From NCBI GenBank assembly GCA_018304465.1, contig JAGVWC010000004.1, positions 1-46,643 on the forward strand: DNA of 46,643 nt, given 5' to 3'. Position 1 is the stretch's first letter; each line of letters starts with the position of its first letter. This DNA comes from Candidatus Iainarchaeum sp. GTDB taxonomy: Archaea > Iainarchaeota > Iainarchaeia > Iainarchaeales > JAGVWC01. The notes under the pieces were generated by a model. The model had not been told where the DNA came from. It made no database searches and was given only the letters and a program-made list of their open reading frames with translations. Shown here piece after piece: positions 24,289-32,991 of this stretch. The position numbers and the translations under genes are program-made.

Positions 24289-25221
24289 TCAACGACCCGA
24301 AATCATCGTGGTTTCCGTCAAAAAACCGAGTTTTTTCTGAATATCCGACGCCACTTTGGCTGCCGAATCCGAATTTTTGCATAACGCAATCGCAAGTCCT
24401 CCGCGTCCGGTTCCCGTCATTTTGGCGGCGAGCGCCCCCGAGTTCGTCGCGGTTTCCACGATTTGGTCCAGTTGGGAATTCGAAACGGTTATCTGCTGAA
24501 GCAATTTATGATTTCCGTTCATTTGCTGGGCGAGGAGTTTCAAATCGTTGGTTTCAAGCGCGCGCCTGCCGTCGGTTGCGATTCGTTCATATTGCTTTAG
24601 AACACCGTCAAACCATTCAGGTTTTTTTTCCCTTAATTTTTTTACGTCTCCAACCACGGCTTGTGTATCGGAGGTTTTTCCCGTGTTCGTGATCACGAGG
24701 TATAGTTTCAAATCCGTTCGGATTCGCTCGATCAGCGGCGGGGTTCCTTTCCGAAACCAGATCGTTCCGCCAAACGTCGAAACCGAATTGTCGATTCCGC
24801 TGGGGGTTCCGTGATACCCTTTTTCGCCTTCGAAACCGGTTTCGTTGATTTCATCGTCGTTTAATCCGAGTTCAAAATGCTCGTTTAATGCGCGCGCAAC
24901 GGAAACACAATCCGCGGCGCTTGCGCCAACTCCGCTTGCAGCCACCAAGTCGCCTTCCAACGTCATTCGAAACGGGGTTTTTTGCGGATCGATTCCAAGC
25001 TTGGCAAAAATCAGTTCGTGGGATTTTTTCTGTTGTTCGAATTTTTCGCGTTTGTAACCCGGGGTCTCGGGCCGCTTGTCCGCCAATTCGAATTGGGCCG
25101 CGTTTTCGATTCGGCAAATGGTTTTTTGGCTTAACCCCGCCGCGATTGCGGGAAAACCGTATACGACGAAGTGTTCGCCGATTAAAATCGTTTTTCCGAA
25201 TCCAATTCCTGTTCCCGTCAT
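24289..25221 (-). CDS. mvk: Mevalonate kinase
   Basis: GKTILIGEHFVVYG, SGVGASAA, HGTPSGIDN and KMTGTGRGG. Confidence 0.93.
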   Translation of the reverse strand: MTGTGIGFGKTILIGEHFVVYGFPAIAAGLSQKTICRIENAAQFELADKRPETPGYKREKFEQQKKSHELIFAKLGIDPQKTPFRMTLEGDLVAASGVGASAADCVSVARALNEHFELGLNDDEINETGFEGEKGYHGTPSGIDNSVSTFGGTIWFRKGTPPLIERIRTDLKLYLVITNTGKTSDTQAVVGDVKKLREKKPEWFDGVLKQYERIATDGRRALETNDLKLLAQQMNGNHKLLQQITVSNSQLDQIVETATNSGALAAKMTGTGRGGLAIALCKNSDSAAKVASDIQKKLGFLTETTMISGR

Positions 25222-25225
25222 GCTT

Positions 25226-25804
25226 TCACCGCTCCCGTAGTCGGTTTTTTACTACCGTGGAAAATGCGCGAAGGTAGTTTCCCGTGAACCACATGTAATT
25301 TTTTCCCAAGATTGAAACTATATATAAATCGTGAAATGCCTTCGCGGCACGAAGGTGGTCTGGAGTTATAAAAAATGGTTTTTCCGTCGGCTCCGCTTTT
25401 ACTCTTCCCAATTCTCGAATCATTCCGAGTTGTAGGGCATAGAACCCTTTTTTTGCTCGCGGGTTCATTAGTTCCATTCCCCCTTTTTTTTTAAACAAGG
25501 GCCATTCGTTTAGCGCGGTTTCGAGGATTCTTCGGGCAATTCTCGCTGGAACGGGTTTTTCTTGGCTGGTTTCTTCTTGTGCTACATCAAGCATCCATGA
25601 ATGACCCATCCCCCGCAATCCCCGATTCAACACTTGCTTCGAAACCTTTTTTTTCTCCAGCAAATACTTTGAAATTGCAATGGAAATAATTCCCGCTTCC
25701 TCTTCTGGCTTTAGAAAATCAGAAGCGGGAAACCAAGACGCTTCGCGGACAACTTGACTTAGCCGAGTGTGGCGCGGACCGTGGGAAAACTTCTGAGGAG
25801 CCAT
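25226..25804 (-). CDS. Orphan basic protein inserted in the mevalonate operon
   Basis: 192 aa ORF filling the DUF35-mvk gap; no recognisable motif. Confidence 0.65.
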   Translation of the reverse strand: MAPQKFSHGPRHTRLSQVVREASWFPASDFLKPEEEAGIISIAISKYLLEKKKVSKQVLNRGLRGMGHSWMLDVAQEETSQEKPVPARIARRILETALNEWPLFKKKGGMELMNPRAKKGFYALQLGMIRELGRVKAEPTEKPFFITPDHLRAAKAFHDLYIVSILGKNYMWFTGNYLRAFSTVVKNRLRER

Positions 25805-25831
25805 GCATTCACTTCGTTTCGGATTCAGGTA

Positions 25832-26236
25832 TCACTCCGTCACCTTGAACTTGTATCCATAGTTAATGACGCCTTCCTTGTCGTTATCCTGAATTTTTCG
25901 AAACATCATTTTTACGTTGGCGCCGATTTGAATCCGATCGCGCGAAGAATCAACGATCTGGGTCAGCAAGATCACGCCGTTCCCCAAATCAATCAAGGCC
26001 AAAAAATACGGGGTTTCGTTTTCGAATCCGACGGGCCCCACGAATACTTCGGTAAATGCGACGATTTTTCCTGTGCGCGGCATGTCTTTGACAATCAGTT
26101 TTCCTTTTCGCCGACAGTTATGGCAAAACACGCGCGGAGGAAAATAATCCGTTTTACATGTCGCGCAATGATTGCCTATTAACGAGTATCGTTCCGGATA
26201 CCGTCTCCAGTGTAAAGCAACGCTTCCTTCGACCAT
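25832..26236 (-). CDS. DUF35 Zn-ribbon/OB-fold protein (scaffold of the thiolase-HMG-CoA synthase complex)
   Basis: CxxC...FPPR..CxxC followed by an OB-fold ending YGYKF; lies next to the thiolase. Confidence 0.92.
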   Translation of the reverse strand: MVEGSVALHWRRYPERYSLIGNHCATCKTDYFPPRVFCHNCRRKGKLIVKDMPRTGKIVAFTEVFVGPVGFENETPYFLALIDLGNGVILLTQIVDSSRDRIQIGANVKMMFRKIQDNDKEGVINYGYKFKVTE

Positions 26237-26254
26237 TTTTTTTCTCCTGTACTT

Positions 26255-26557
26255 TTACTTTCGTTTTTTTGCAGGCGTTTTGGGCTCCGCCGGAGGACGC
26301 GCCGCGGGCGACACTCGATGTAACGGATGTCCTTTTACCGGTAACCGAACCGTTCCGACTCCCCTGGATCCCGTTTTTTTTCTGGGTTTTTTTCCGATGA
26401 CGGCACTTTGATGCGCCTGATGCTTCCGATACGCCGCGACTCCTTCGGTCAACAACGGCATTACGCCGAGTGTTTGGCGGTGCATCATTTCGAATAACCC
26501 TGGCTTGGCACCTGCTTTTGCTGCTTTTGTTTTTCTCTGTTGCGTTCTGATCGGCAT
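26255..26557 (-). CDS. Orphan Lys/Arg-rich protein (100 aa, MPIRTQQRKTK...)
   Basis: GGTGA RBS right after the thiolase stop, with the ATG at 26557. Confidence 0.65.
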   Translation of the reverse strand: MPIRTQQRKTKAAKAGAKPGLFEMMHRQTLGVMPLLTEGVAAYRKHQAHQSAVIGKKPRKKTGSRGVGTVRLPVKGHPLHRVSPAARPPAEPKTPAKKRK

Positions 26558-26570
26558 GTTTTTTTCACCT

Positions 26571-27731
26571 TCAGGCTTTTTTGTACACATGAACAACGGC
26601 AGTCGCTCCGCTTCCGCCGACATTATGCGTCAAACCGATTTCTGCGTCTTTTCGTTGGCGTTTGCCCGCGATTCCGTTTAACTGGTAAAAAATTTCCGCG
26701 GCTTGCTTGACGCCGGTTGCTCCCACGGGATGACCGCAGGCTTTGAGTCCGCCGGATGGATTAACCGCGACTTGACCATTGATTTCGGTTTCCCCGCCAA
26801 GCGACGCGGTTCCGCCGGATCCTTTTTTGAAAAAACCCAAATCCTCGATCGCGAGAATTTCGGCAATCGTAAAACAATCGTGTACTTCGGCGACATCAAT
26901 GTCTTTCGGAGTCGCTTTGGCCTGGGCTAAGGCGTGCTTGGCCGCAAGCATGGTGGCGTCCAGTTGCGTGAGACTTTTTCGCCCGGTTAGCGCCAACGAA
27001 TCCGAGGCTTGTCCGCTTCCCACGATTTCGATGGCTTGGTCGGAAAGTTTTTTGGCTTTGCTGGTTTCGCACAAAATCAATACCGCGGCGCCGTCGGTAA
27101 TCGGCGAACAATCCAACAGTTTTAACGGCGACGCGATGTAACCCGAATTCATGACGTCGGCGATCGAAAATTCCTTGTGAAACTGGGCGATCGGATTATG
27201 CATGGCATTATGGTGATTTTTGACCGCGCAAGACGCCATCATTTCTTCGGTGGTTCCGAATTTTTCCATGTGTTTTTGCGCAAGCAACGCGTACAATGCT
27301 GGAAACGTGGCTCCGTGAAACAACTCGGTTTCCTGGTCTCCGGCGCCACCCAAGGCAAAAGCGGCTTGTTCCGTGGACACGTCCGTCATTTTTTCGGCGC
27401 CACCTACCGCGACAATATCGTACATTCCGCTGGCAACCGCTGTAAATCCCTGCCGCAACGCGACGCCACCGGACGCGCACGCGGCTTCGACTCGTGTGGA
27501 CGCGATCGGGTTTAAGCCCAGTTGGTCCGCGATCAAAGCGCCGATGTGTTCTTGTCCGATGAAACGGCCCGACGCCATGGTTCCGCCGAAAATCGCTTCG
27601 ATTTCTTTTCCTTCCACGACATTGGAGCTTAACGCTTCCAGCGCGGCTTTGGCGATCATCTGACGGTAGGATTCATCCCAGTTTTCTCCGAATTTACTCA
27701 GACCGGCAGCGATTATTGAAACACTACGCAT
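26571..27731 (-). CDS. Archaeal acetoacetyl-CoA thiolase
   Basis: VEAACASGG, GAEKMTD, EVHDCFT, NPSGGLKACGHPVGATG and HNVGG. GGTGA RBS with the ATG at 27731 (MRSVSII). Confidence 0.95.
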   Translation of the reverse strand: MRSVSIIAAGLSKFGENWDESYRQMIAKAALEALSSNVVEGKEIEAIFGGTMASGRFIGQEHIGALIADQLGLNPIASTRVEAACASGGVALRQGFTAVASGMYDIVAVGGAEKMTDVSTEQAAFALGGAGDQETELFHGATFPALYALLAQKHMEKFGTTEEMMASCAVKNHHNAMHNPIAQFHKEFSIADVMNSGYIASPLKLLDCSPITDGAAVLILCETSKAKKLSDQAIEIVGSGQASDSLALTGRKSLTQLDATMLAAKHALAQAKATPKDIDVAEVHDCFTIAEILAIEDLGFFKKGSGGTASLGGETEINGQVAVNPSGGLKACGHPVGATGVKQAAEIFYQLNGIAGKRQRKDAEIGLTHNVGGSGATAVVHVYKKA

Positions 27732-28947
27732 TTTTTTCACCATACAAACTATACGGGTCTAATAATCCCATTAGCAACTGCTTTCTTTGTTTAATGTTGG
27801 TTTTTGGCGGGCAAAACCCAAACTTCTTCCAAACCAAATACTTTGTCATATGTTTTGGATTATTTATTCCAATTTTATTCATCCATTTTTCAAGTTGTGC
27901 TTCTCCACACATTCGAACAGAATATTCTAAGAATTTTTTTTTCCGGATCTGATGGGTAACGTTGGGTTTTAATCCTAGTTGAGTTAAAATCGTTTTTAGT
28001 TGGTATGCTAGTTTTGGTGAGGCGGTACTGCCCGAAATTCTGGGGTAGTAATGAATTTTTTTATGCGCTTTTCCAAACATAAACGAAAAATCTGTATCTG
28101 CAATTCCGCGGACTACTGCACGCTTAATGTTAATATCCCCGTTCATAATTCGTGGGGGTATTGTAATTGTTCTTGATTTTTCTCCAATGGGCAAGCCAAT
28201 AACTTTTGTTTTATAATCTGTAACTGCCTTTGATGACAATGTAAAACCATATGCTCTTTTTCGGGATTTGTAGCCTATCTTCAAGTCGGTATTATATATT
28301 TTTTTAAATGCCTTTCTTACGTACAGATCGTAAAACTCTTTTTCTTCGGACTTATCTCCCGACAGTTGATATGTCCGGTGTTGTGTCGAATTATTTGGCA
28401 TACTGCCATCCCCAATGTGCCAGCCGATCTCTTCGGCTACTGCAGGGGTTATTTCTGTCGGAATTTGGACCCCTCTCGAAACATCTTGTTCGCTGAAAGC
28501 AACTTCGGGATAGACTTTGGATATTTCATCCACATTAGACTCAAAAGTTTCACTCGCTTCTTTTAATGCTCTTATTGAAGCGAAATAACAATTAATAATT
28601 TTATGCGATTTATACCCTGCTTTCTCTGCGATTTCTCTTGCCGAGGCTTTGGGTGGAAGCGCCTTAGCTGCATTGATTAACTTTTCCACAGGGTTTTCAA
28701 ATGCTGTTCCGATCTCGAAAAAAAGGTCTTTTTTCGAATGAAAATAGTAGTTAACTGTTCTTCGTGATTTTAACCCAGCAAATTCAGCAATTTCTTGATT
28801 GTTTGCCTTCTTTCCCAAGCGTATTGCAGCATCTAAGATTTTTTGTCTTGTGAATGCACCGTTATTCATGTCACTATATGTCGGCTCTTCAAAATATCCT
28901 TCTTGGGGGGCACCCGTCATTGCCGGTGAAACACTGACACTTCTCAT
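27724..28947 (-). mobile_element. Free-standing LAGLIDADG homing endonuclease with two N-terminal TetR-like HTH repeats
   Basis: Motifs EEIGWHIGDGS and AVVRGIADTDFS. HTHs RQKILDAA...EIAEFAG..RRTVNYYF and EKLINAA...EIAEKAG...IINCYF. Visibly more AT-rich than the flanks. ATGA-coupled start at 28947, with a 9-bp direct repeat at both ends. Confidence 0.85.
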
Positions 28948-29333
28948 CGGACGGTCCCTCGCGGTCTTTTTTTCCCCTGCCATGCTTCGGCTTTTTTCAT
29001 CAAAACCGTTCGAACCCTGGGTTTTTGCGGCGCTCCGGGAATTAACGGATCCACTTTTTTAGGTTCGCCTGCAAGTCGCCGTTCAACCCGCTGCTTTGGC
29101 GACTCGACTTCCGGAGCGGCCAATCGCCTGAGAACCCGCGCTTTTTCTTTTTTGCGTTTCGCTTCTTTTTCGTCCAAATATAATTTTGCGCCTTTGTATC
29201 CGACTACGCCCATCATGATTCCGGTCACGGGGGAAGGAACAACGATTCCCGCGGCAACTGACGCGGCGGCTAATCTGCGAAACGAGCGTTGTTTTTGCTC
29301 AACCGGCGTCAAAGGTTTTTTTCTCATGGTCAT
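28944..29333 (-). CDS. Orphan basic protein with a hydrophobic hairpin (MTMRKKPL...)
   Basis: TGATG overlap with the HMGS stop; segment LAAASVAAGIVVPSPVTGIMMGVVG. Confidence 0.7.
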   Translation of the reverse strand: MTMRKKPLTPVEQKQRSFRRLAAASVAAGIVVPSPVTGIMMGVVGYKGAKLYLDEKEAKRKKEKARVLRRLAAPEVESPKQRVERRLAGEPKKVDPLIPGAPQKPRVRTVLMKKAEAWQGKKRPRGTVR

Positions 29334-30382
29334 CACAAATTCTTGAGTTTTTTCCTGTGTTTGGCGTATTCCGCGTAAGAAATGTATTCCTTGTCCTTAA
29401 TTAATTCCAGCACCGGCACTTTTGACCGGCGTTTTTCAATTGCATTCGTCGCGGTCAAAACAAAGCTGTCCGAACCGGAACCGCTTCCATAACTGGTCAC
29501 CAGGATCCTGTCTTTGGGTTTGGCGACATCTAACACCGATGCCAAGCCCACCATGCTGGCGCCCGAATACGTATTGCCGATAAGCGGCGTCAACAATCCT
29601 TGTTCGATCTTGTTTCGTTCGACTCCCAGCATTTTGGCGACCATGACCGGAAACTTTCCGTTGGGTTGATGGAATACGACCCAATCGAAATCCGCGGGAC
29701 TTAGCTTGGCTTTTTTGAGCATTCCTTTGGTGGCACCTATCACGTGCTTGAAATACGCGGGTTCTCCGGTAAAACGGCCCGCGTGACGCGGAAACTCCGC
29801 GTGCTGGCGACGCCAAAAATCCGGAGTATCCGTAGTAAACGAAAACGTGTCGTCAATGGTCGCGATCATTTCTTTTTTGTCGCGCCCGACAATGAATCCC
29901 GCGCCGCCGCTTCCGGCCGAAAACTCGAGCGCGTCGTTTGGTTTTCCTTGCGCGGTATCGGCTCCGATCGCCAACCCGTATTCGATCATTTCGCTTGCGA
30001 CCAGACCCATACACGCCTGGATTCCCGCGGTTCCGGCTTTGCATGCGAATTCCAGATCCGCAGCCATGAATTCGGGTCCGCAACCCAGGGCTTCGCCCAC
30101 GATTCCCGCAGTGGGTTTTACGGCGTACGGATGCGATTCGCTTCCCACATACACGGCTCCGATCCGAATCGGCGTAATGTTAAAATCTTCAATCGCGCGT
30201 CGACCGATTTCAACCGAAATCGTCGCGGTATCCTCGTCAATCGCGGCCACGGCTTTTTCCGTCAAGCCGAGTCCTTCCTTGATTTTCAACGGGTCTTTTT
30301 TCCAAGTCGTCGCGATTTCTTCCACGCTGATGCGCAATCGTGGAACAAAACAGCCGTATCCAACGATTCCAACGGGGTTCAT
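29333..30382 (-). CDS. Hydroxymethylglutaryl-CoA synthase (archaeal type)
   Basis: Start MNPVGIVGYG at 30382 (ATGA overlap with the HMGR stop). GSESHPYAVKP, EFACKAGT, FHQPN, GNTYSG and SYGSG. Confidence 0.95.
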   Translation of the reverse strand: MNPVGIVGYGCFVPRLRISVEEIATTWKKDPLKIKEGLGLTEKAVAAIDEDTATISVEIGRRAIEDFNITPIRIGAVYVGSESHPYAVKPTAGIVGEALGCGPEFMAADLEFACKAGTAGIQACMGLVASEMIEYGLAIGADTAQGKPNDALEFSAGSGGAGFIVGRDKKEMIATIDDTFSFTTDTPDFWRRQHAEFPRHAGRFTGEPAYFKHVIGATKGMLKKAKLSPADFDWVVFHQPNGKFPVMVAKMLGVERNKIEQGLLTPLIGNTYSGASMVGLASVLDVAKPKDRILVTSYGSGSGSDSFVLTATNAIEKRRSKVPVLELIKDKEYISYAEYAKHRKKLKNL

Positions 30383-31671
30383 TTCGAATACTCCTTGACG
30401 AGTTCTTCCGCGCGCGCTTGGCGAATGTTTTTCTCCGTAATCATTTGTTCGGCCACTAGGTCTATTAAGCTTCCGGTGGCGCCGCCCGCCACCGCAATGT
30501 TTTTGGCGTGAAGCTTCATATGGCCGCGCTGAATTCCTTCGGTGGCCAATGCGCGTAACGCCGCGAAATTCTGGGCGAGTCCCACACACGCCAATACCCG
30601 GCCGAATTCCTGCGCGGTTTTTACCTTCAGCAATTTAATCGAAATCTTGGCAATCGGATGGGTTTTAATCGCGCCGCCGACCAAACCGACCGCGGTCGGA
30701 ATCTCGATTTCGCCCACCAAATCCCCGTTTTTGTTCTTGTAATATTTCGTCAAAGGCTTGTAGGTTTTGGTCTTAAACCACGCATAGGCATGCGCTCCGG
30801 CTTCAAGCGCGCGGAAATCCTGTCCCGTGGCGATCGCGACGGCGTCAATTCCGTTCATGATGCCTTTGTTGTGCGTGGTCGCCCGAAACGGATCCGCGTC
30901 CGCAAATGCGTACGCTTCAAGGATTCGTTCCACGACTTCCTCGCCAGTGGCCTTGAATTCCGGCGTGTTAACCGCGAGTTCTTCTTTTTTCCACACCGCT
31001 TTCGCACGGCTCTTGCGATGAATCGCAAGGTTCGAAATAATCCGTAACCGCGCTTGTCCGCCGCTCAGTTCTTCCAAACGCGGGGTTAATCGCTCGGCAA
31101 TCGTATTGATCGCGTTCGCGCCCATGGCGTCGCGCACATCCACCAACAAGTCCACGATCAGCATTTCACCCTTGATGGTGTCCAAAATACTCGTGTCGAT
31201 TTCCTTGACGCCGCCACCGTACTTCACGAGGGTCGCGTCGACTTCGTTGGCGGCATCGATCAATTCTTGTTTGTGTTTTCGAATGTTTTCCTGTCCTTTT
31301 TTGGCGCTGGGAAGTTTCACCAACTGGATTTGTCCGATCATGATGGGTTCGTCGCCCTCGGTTTCGAATCCGCCGGTTTGACGGCACAGTTTGGCGGCAT
31401 TCGATGCCGCGGCCACAACCGAGGGTTCTTCGAGCGCCATGGGAATCAAGATTTCTTTTTGATCCACTAAAAAATTCGTTGCGATCCCCAAAGGCAAGGC
31501 ATGCGACGAAAAAACATTTTCAATCATACGGTTGGCTGTTTCAAAATCCAAGGCGCCGAATTGCTTGAGTTGCATCACTTCGTCGTCGGACAAGTCGGCA
31601 AAATCCTTGATGCAAGCGATGCGGTCGACAAGGCTTTTTTTATAAAATTCCGAAATCGCACTGGTTTTCAT
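30379..31671 (-). CDS. mvaA: HMG-CoA reductase, class II
   Basis: MIENV, EEPSVVAAAS, DAMGAN, THNKGIMNG and EGIQRGHMKLH. Confidence 0.95.
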   Translation of the reverse strand: MKTSAISEFYKKSLVDRIACIKDFADLSDDEVMQLKQFGALDFETANRMIENVFSSHALPLGIATNFLVDQKEILIPMALEEPSVVAAASNAAKLCRQTGGFETEGDEPIMIGQIQLVKLPSAKKGQENIRKHKQELIDAANEVDATLVKYGGGVKEIDTSILDTIKGEMLIVDLLVDVRDAMGANAINTIAERLTPRLEELSGGQARLRIISNLAIHRKSRAKAVWKKEELAVNTPEFKATGEEVVERILEAYAFADADPFRATTHNKGIMNGIDAVAIATGQDFRALEAGAHAYAWFKTKTYKPLTKYYKNKNGDLVGEIEIPTAVGLVGGAIKTHPIAKISIKLLKVKTAQEFGRVLACVGLAQNFAALRALATEGIQRGHMKLHAKNIAVAGGATGSLIDLVAEQMITEKNIRQARAEELVKEYSK

Positions 31672-31772
31672 GAAACAATCCCGAATCCAGGAGCAAGCAG
31701 TTCAATAGTATCTAGCCGTGTGTAGCCATAAAAACGTTTCGCTTACAAACGAAGAAAACAACGACAATTGTC

Positions 31773-32036
31773 TTAATGCTGACGTGGTCGAGGTCTCTTG
31801 ACAGAGGGTTTTATCGCCTTGAAATTTCTTTGAATACGTCTTTTTCTAAGTTGATGCGCTCCGACTCCCAATGCAAGGCCGCCGGCGGCTCCTGCCGCCC
31901 AAAACCACTTTTTGTTCATTCCCTGTAGACGACCGGCTTTTTCGGCTACTTTTTGGCTGGGTTTTAATGCATCCTCTAATCGTTTTCGAAGCTCCGGATT
32001 TCGTTGACGCCCTCCGCTTCCTTGCGCCGGTTGCAT
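31773..32036 (-). CDS. Small basic membrane protein, possibly a frameshifted continuation of the SDR C-terminal extension
   Basis: KWFWAAGAAGGLALGVG hydrophobic segment with a basic tail; overlaps the SDR stop by 61 nt. Confidence 0.4.
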   Translation of the reverse strand: MQPAQGSGGRQRNPELRKRLEDALKPSQKVAEKAGRLQGMNKKWFWAAGAAGGLALGVGAHQLRKRRIQRNFKAIKPSVKRPRPRQH

Positions 32037-32947
32037 TTTTCAGGGTGCTCGCGACCATATTCTGCCGCAACGTCGTCAATTTTCGAAATCTGATATCTGC
32101 CGATTCCTCTTCGAGTCGATTCGATGGCTTGATCACTGGAAATACCCAGCAACGCGGCTCCGACAACGCCGACGAACGCCAATCTCTTGGCCACTTGCGG
32201 TAACCGACCCGCGCGTTCATCCGCCCATTTTCGGGCAACCCGGCTTGGATCCCGATAATATCGCTCGTCAAAACCCGGCCGCGGTTTGATCACGTCCAAT
32301 TCCGTCCAGCTCGCGGGATTTTGGATCGTTTCCGCGGAACGCTTCACGATTTCTTCAGGGGACAACCAAAACCGCTGATCCGCAAATGGCCGCAATTTTT
32401 CTTCGTTTTGCGTTTTTACCGTGCTGACGTTTACAAACACGCCGCGGATTTTTGTGTTTTTCTCTAACCTGGAAAGTTTTTGCATTAATGCGCGCAAATA
32501 ATTTTTTGCGGCCGTATACGACCGCCAAGCAAAAATATTATACTTATCACTGACTGATCCAAACGCGCACAAGGTAACCAACGGTCTTTTTGACTGTTGT
32601 CGCACCCGGAAAAGCAAGGCGCGGGAAACGTTTCGAAACGTGTCGACATTGGATTCCCACACTTCACGGTCGAACTCTTTTTCTTTTCGGGGATCTAGCT
32701 TGAATTTTCCGACTGCGTGAACCAAAACGATTTCATGTACATCCGAAAGCGGTAATTTTCGCATTTCTTGTTCCACTTGACGAGGGTCCGATAAATCCGC
32801 CTGCAAGTACGTCGTGTTCGGATTTTTGGTTTGAGCCGCCTTTCGGCTGATTCCCACGCAAACCGTTGCGGGTTGGGCTTCGAAAAAATCAACGTATGCT
32901 TTTCCGAGAGCGCCGTTTGCTCCCGTTACGATTACCATTCGGACCAT
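31976..32947 (-). CDS. Short-chain dehydrogenase/reductase with a C-terminal membrane extension
   Basis: VIVTGANGALG Rossmann motif, ADLS, and catalytic YTAAK. Extra tail LAFVGVVGAALLGI. Confidence 0.85.
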   Translation of the reverse strand: MVRMVIVTGANGALGKAYVDFFEAQPATVCVGISRKAAQTKNPNTTYLQADLSDPRQVEQEMRKLPLSDVHEIVLVHAVGKFKLDPRKEKEFDREVWESNVDTFRNVSRALLFRVRQQSKRPLVTLCAFGSVSDKYNIFAWRSYTAAKNYLRALMQKLSRLEKNTKIRGVFVNVSTVKTQNEEKLRPFADQRFWLSPEEIVKRSAETIQNPASWTELDVIKPRPGFDERYYRDPSRVARKWADERAGRLPQVAKRLAFVGVVGAALLGISSDQAIESTRRGIGRYQISKIDDVAAEYGREHPEKCNRRKEAEGVNEIRSFEND

Positions 32948-32991
32948 GATGCATTGTTGATGAAAAAAGAACTATTAAATGATTTCGGGTT

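Noticed and set aside
27724-28947. Intein or intron in the thiolase gene
   Set aside because: No Cys/Ser...His-Asn splicing motifs. The endonuclease has its own stop and the thiolase has its own RBS and ATG. No bulge-helix-bulge structure was evident by eye.
30383-30589. Extended N-termini given by the ORF track (HMGS to 30589; also 43216, 26623, 20069, 34152, 28983)
   Set aside because: They overlap neighbouring genes or promoter regions. Downstream ATGs with an RBS, stop-start coupling or a family-typical N-terminus fit better.
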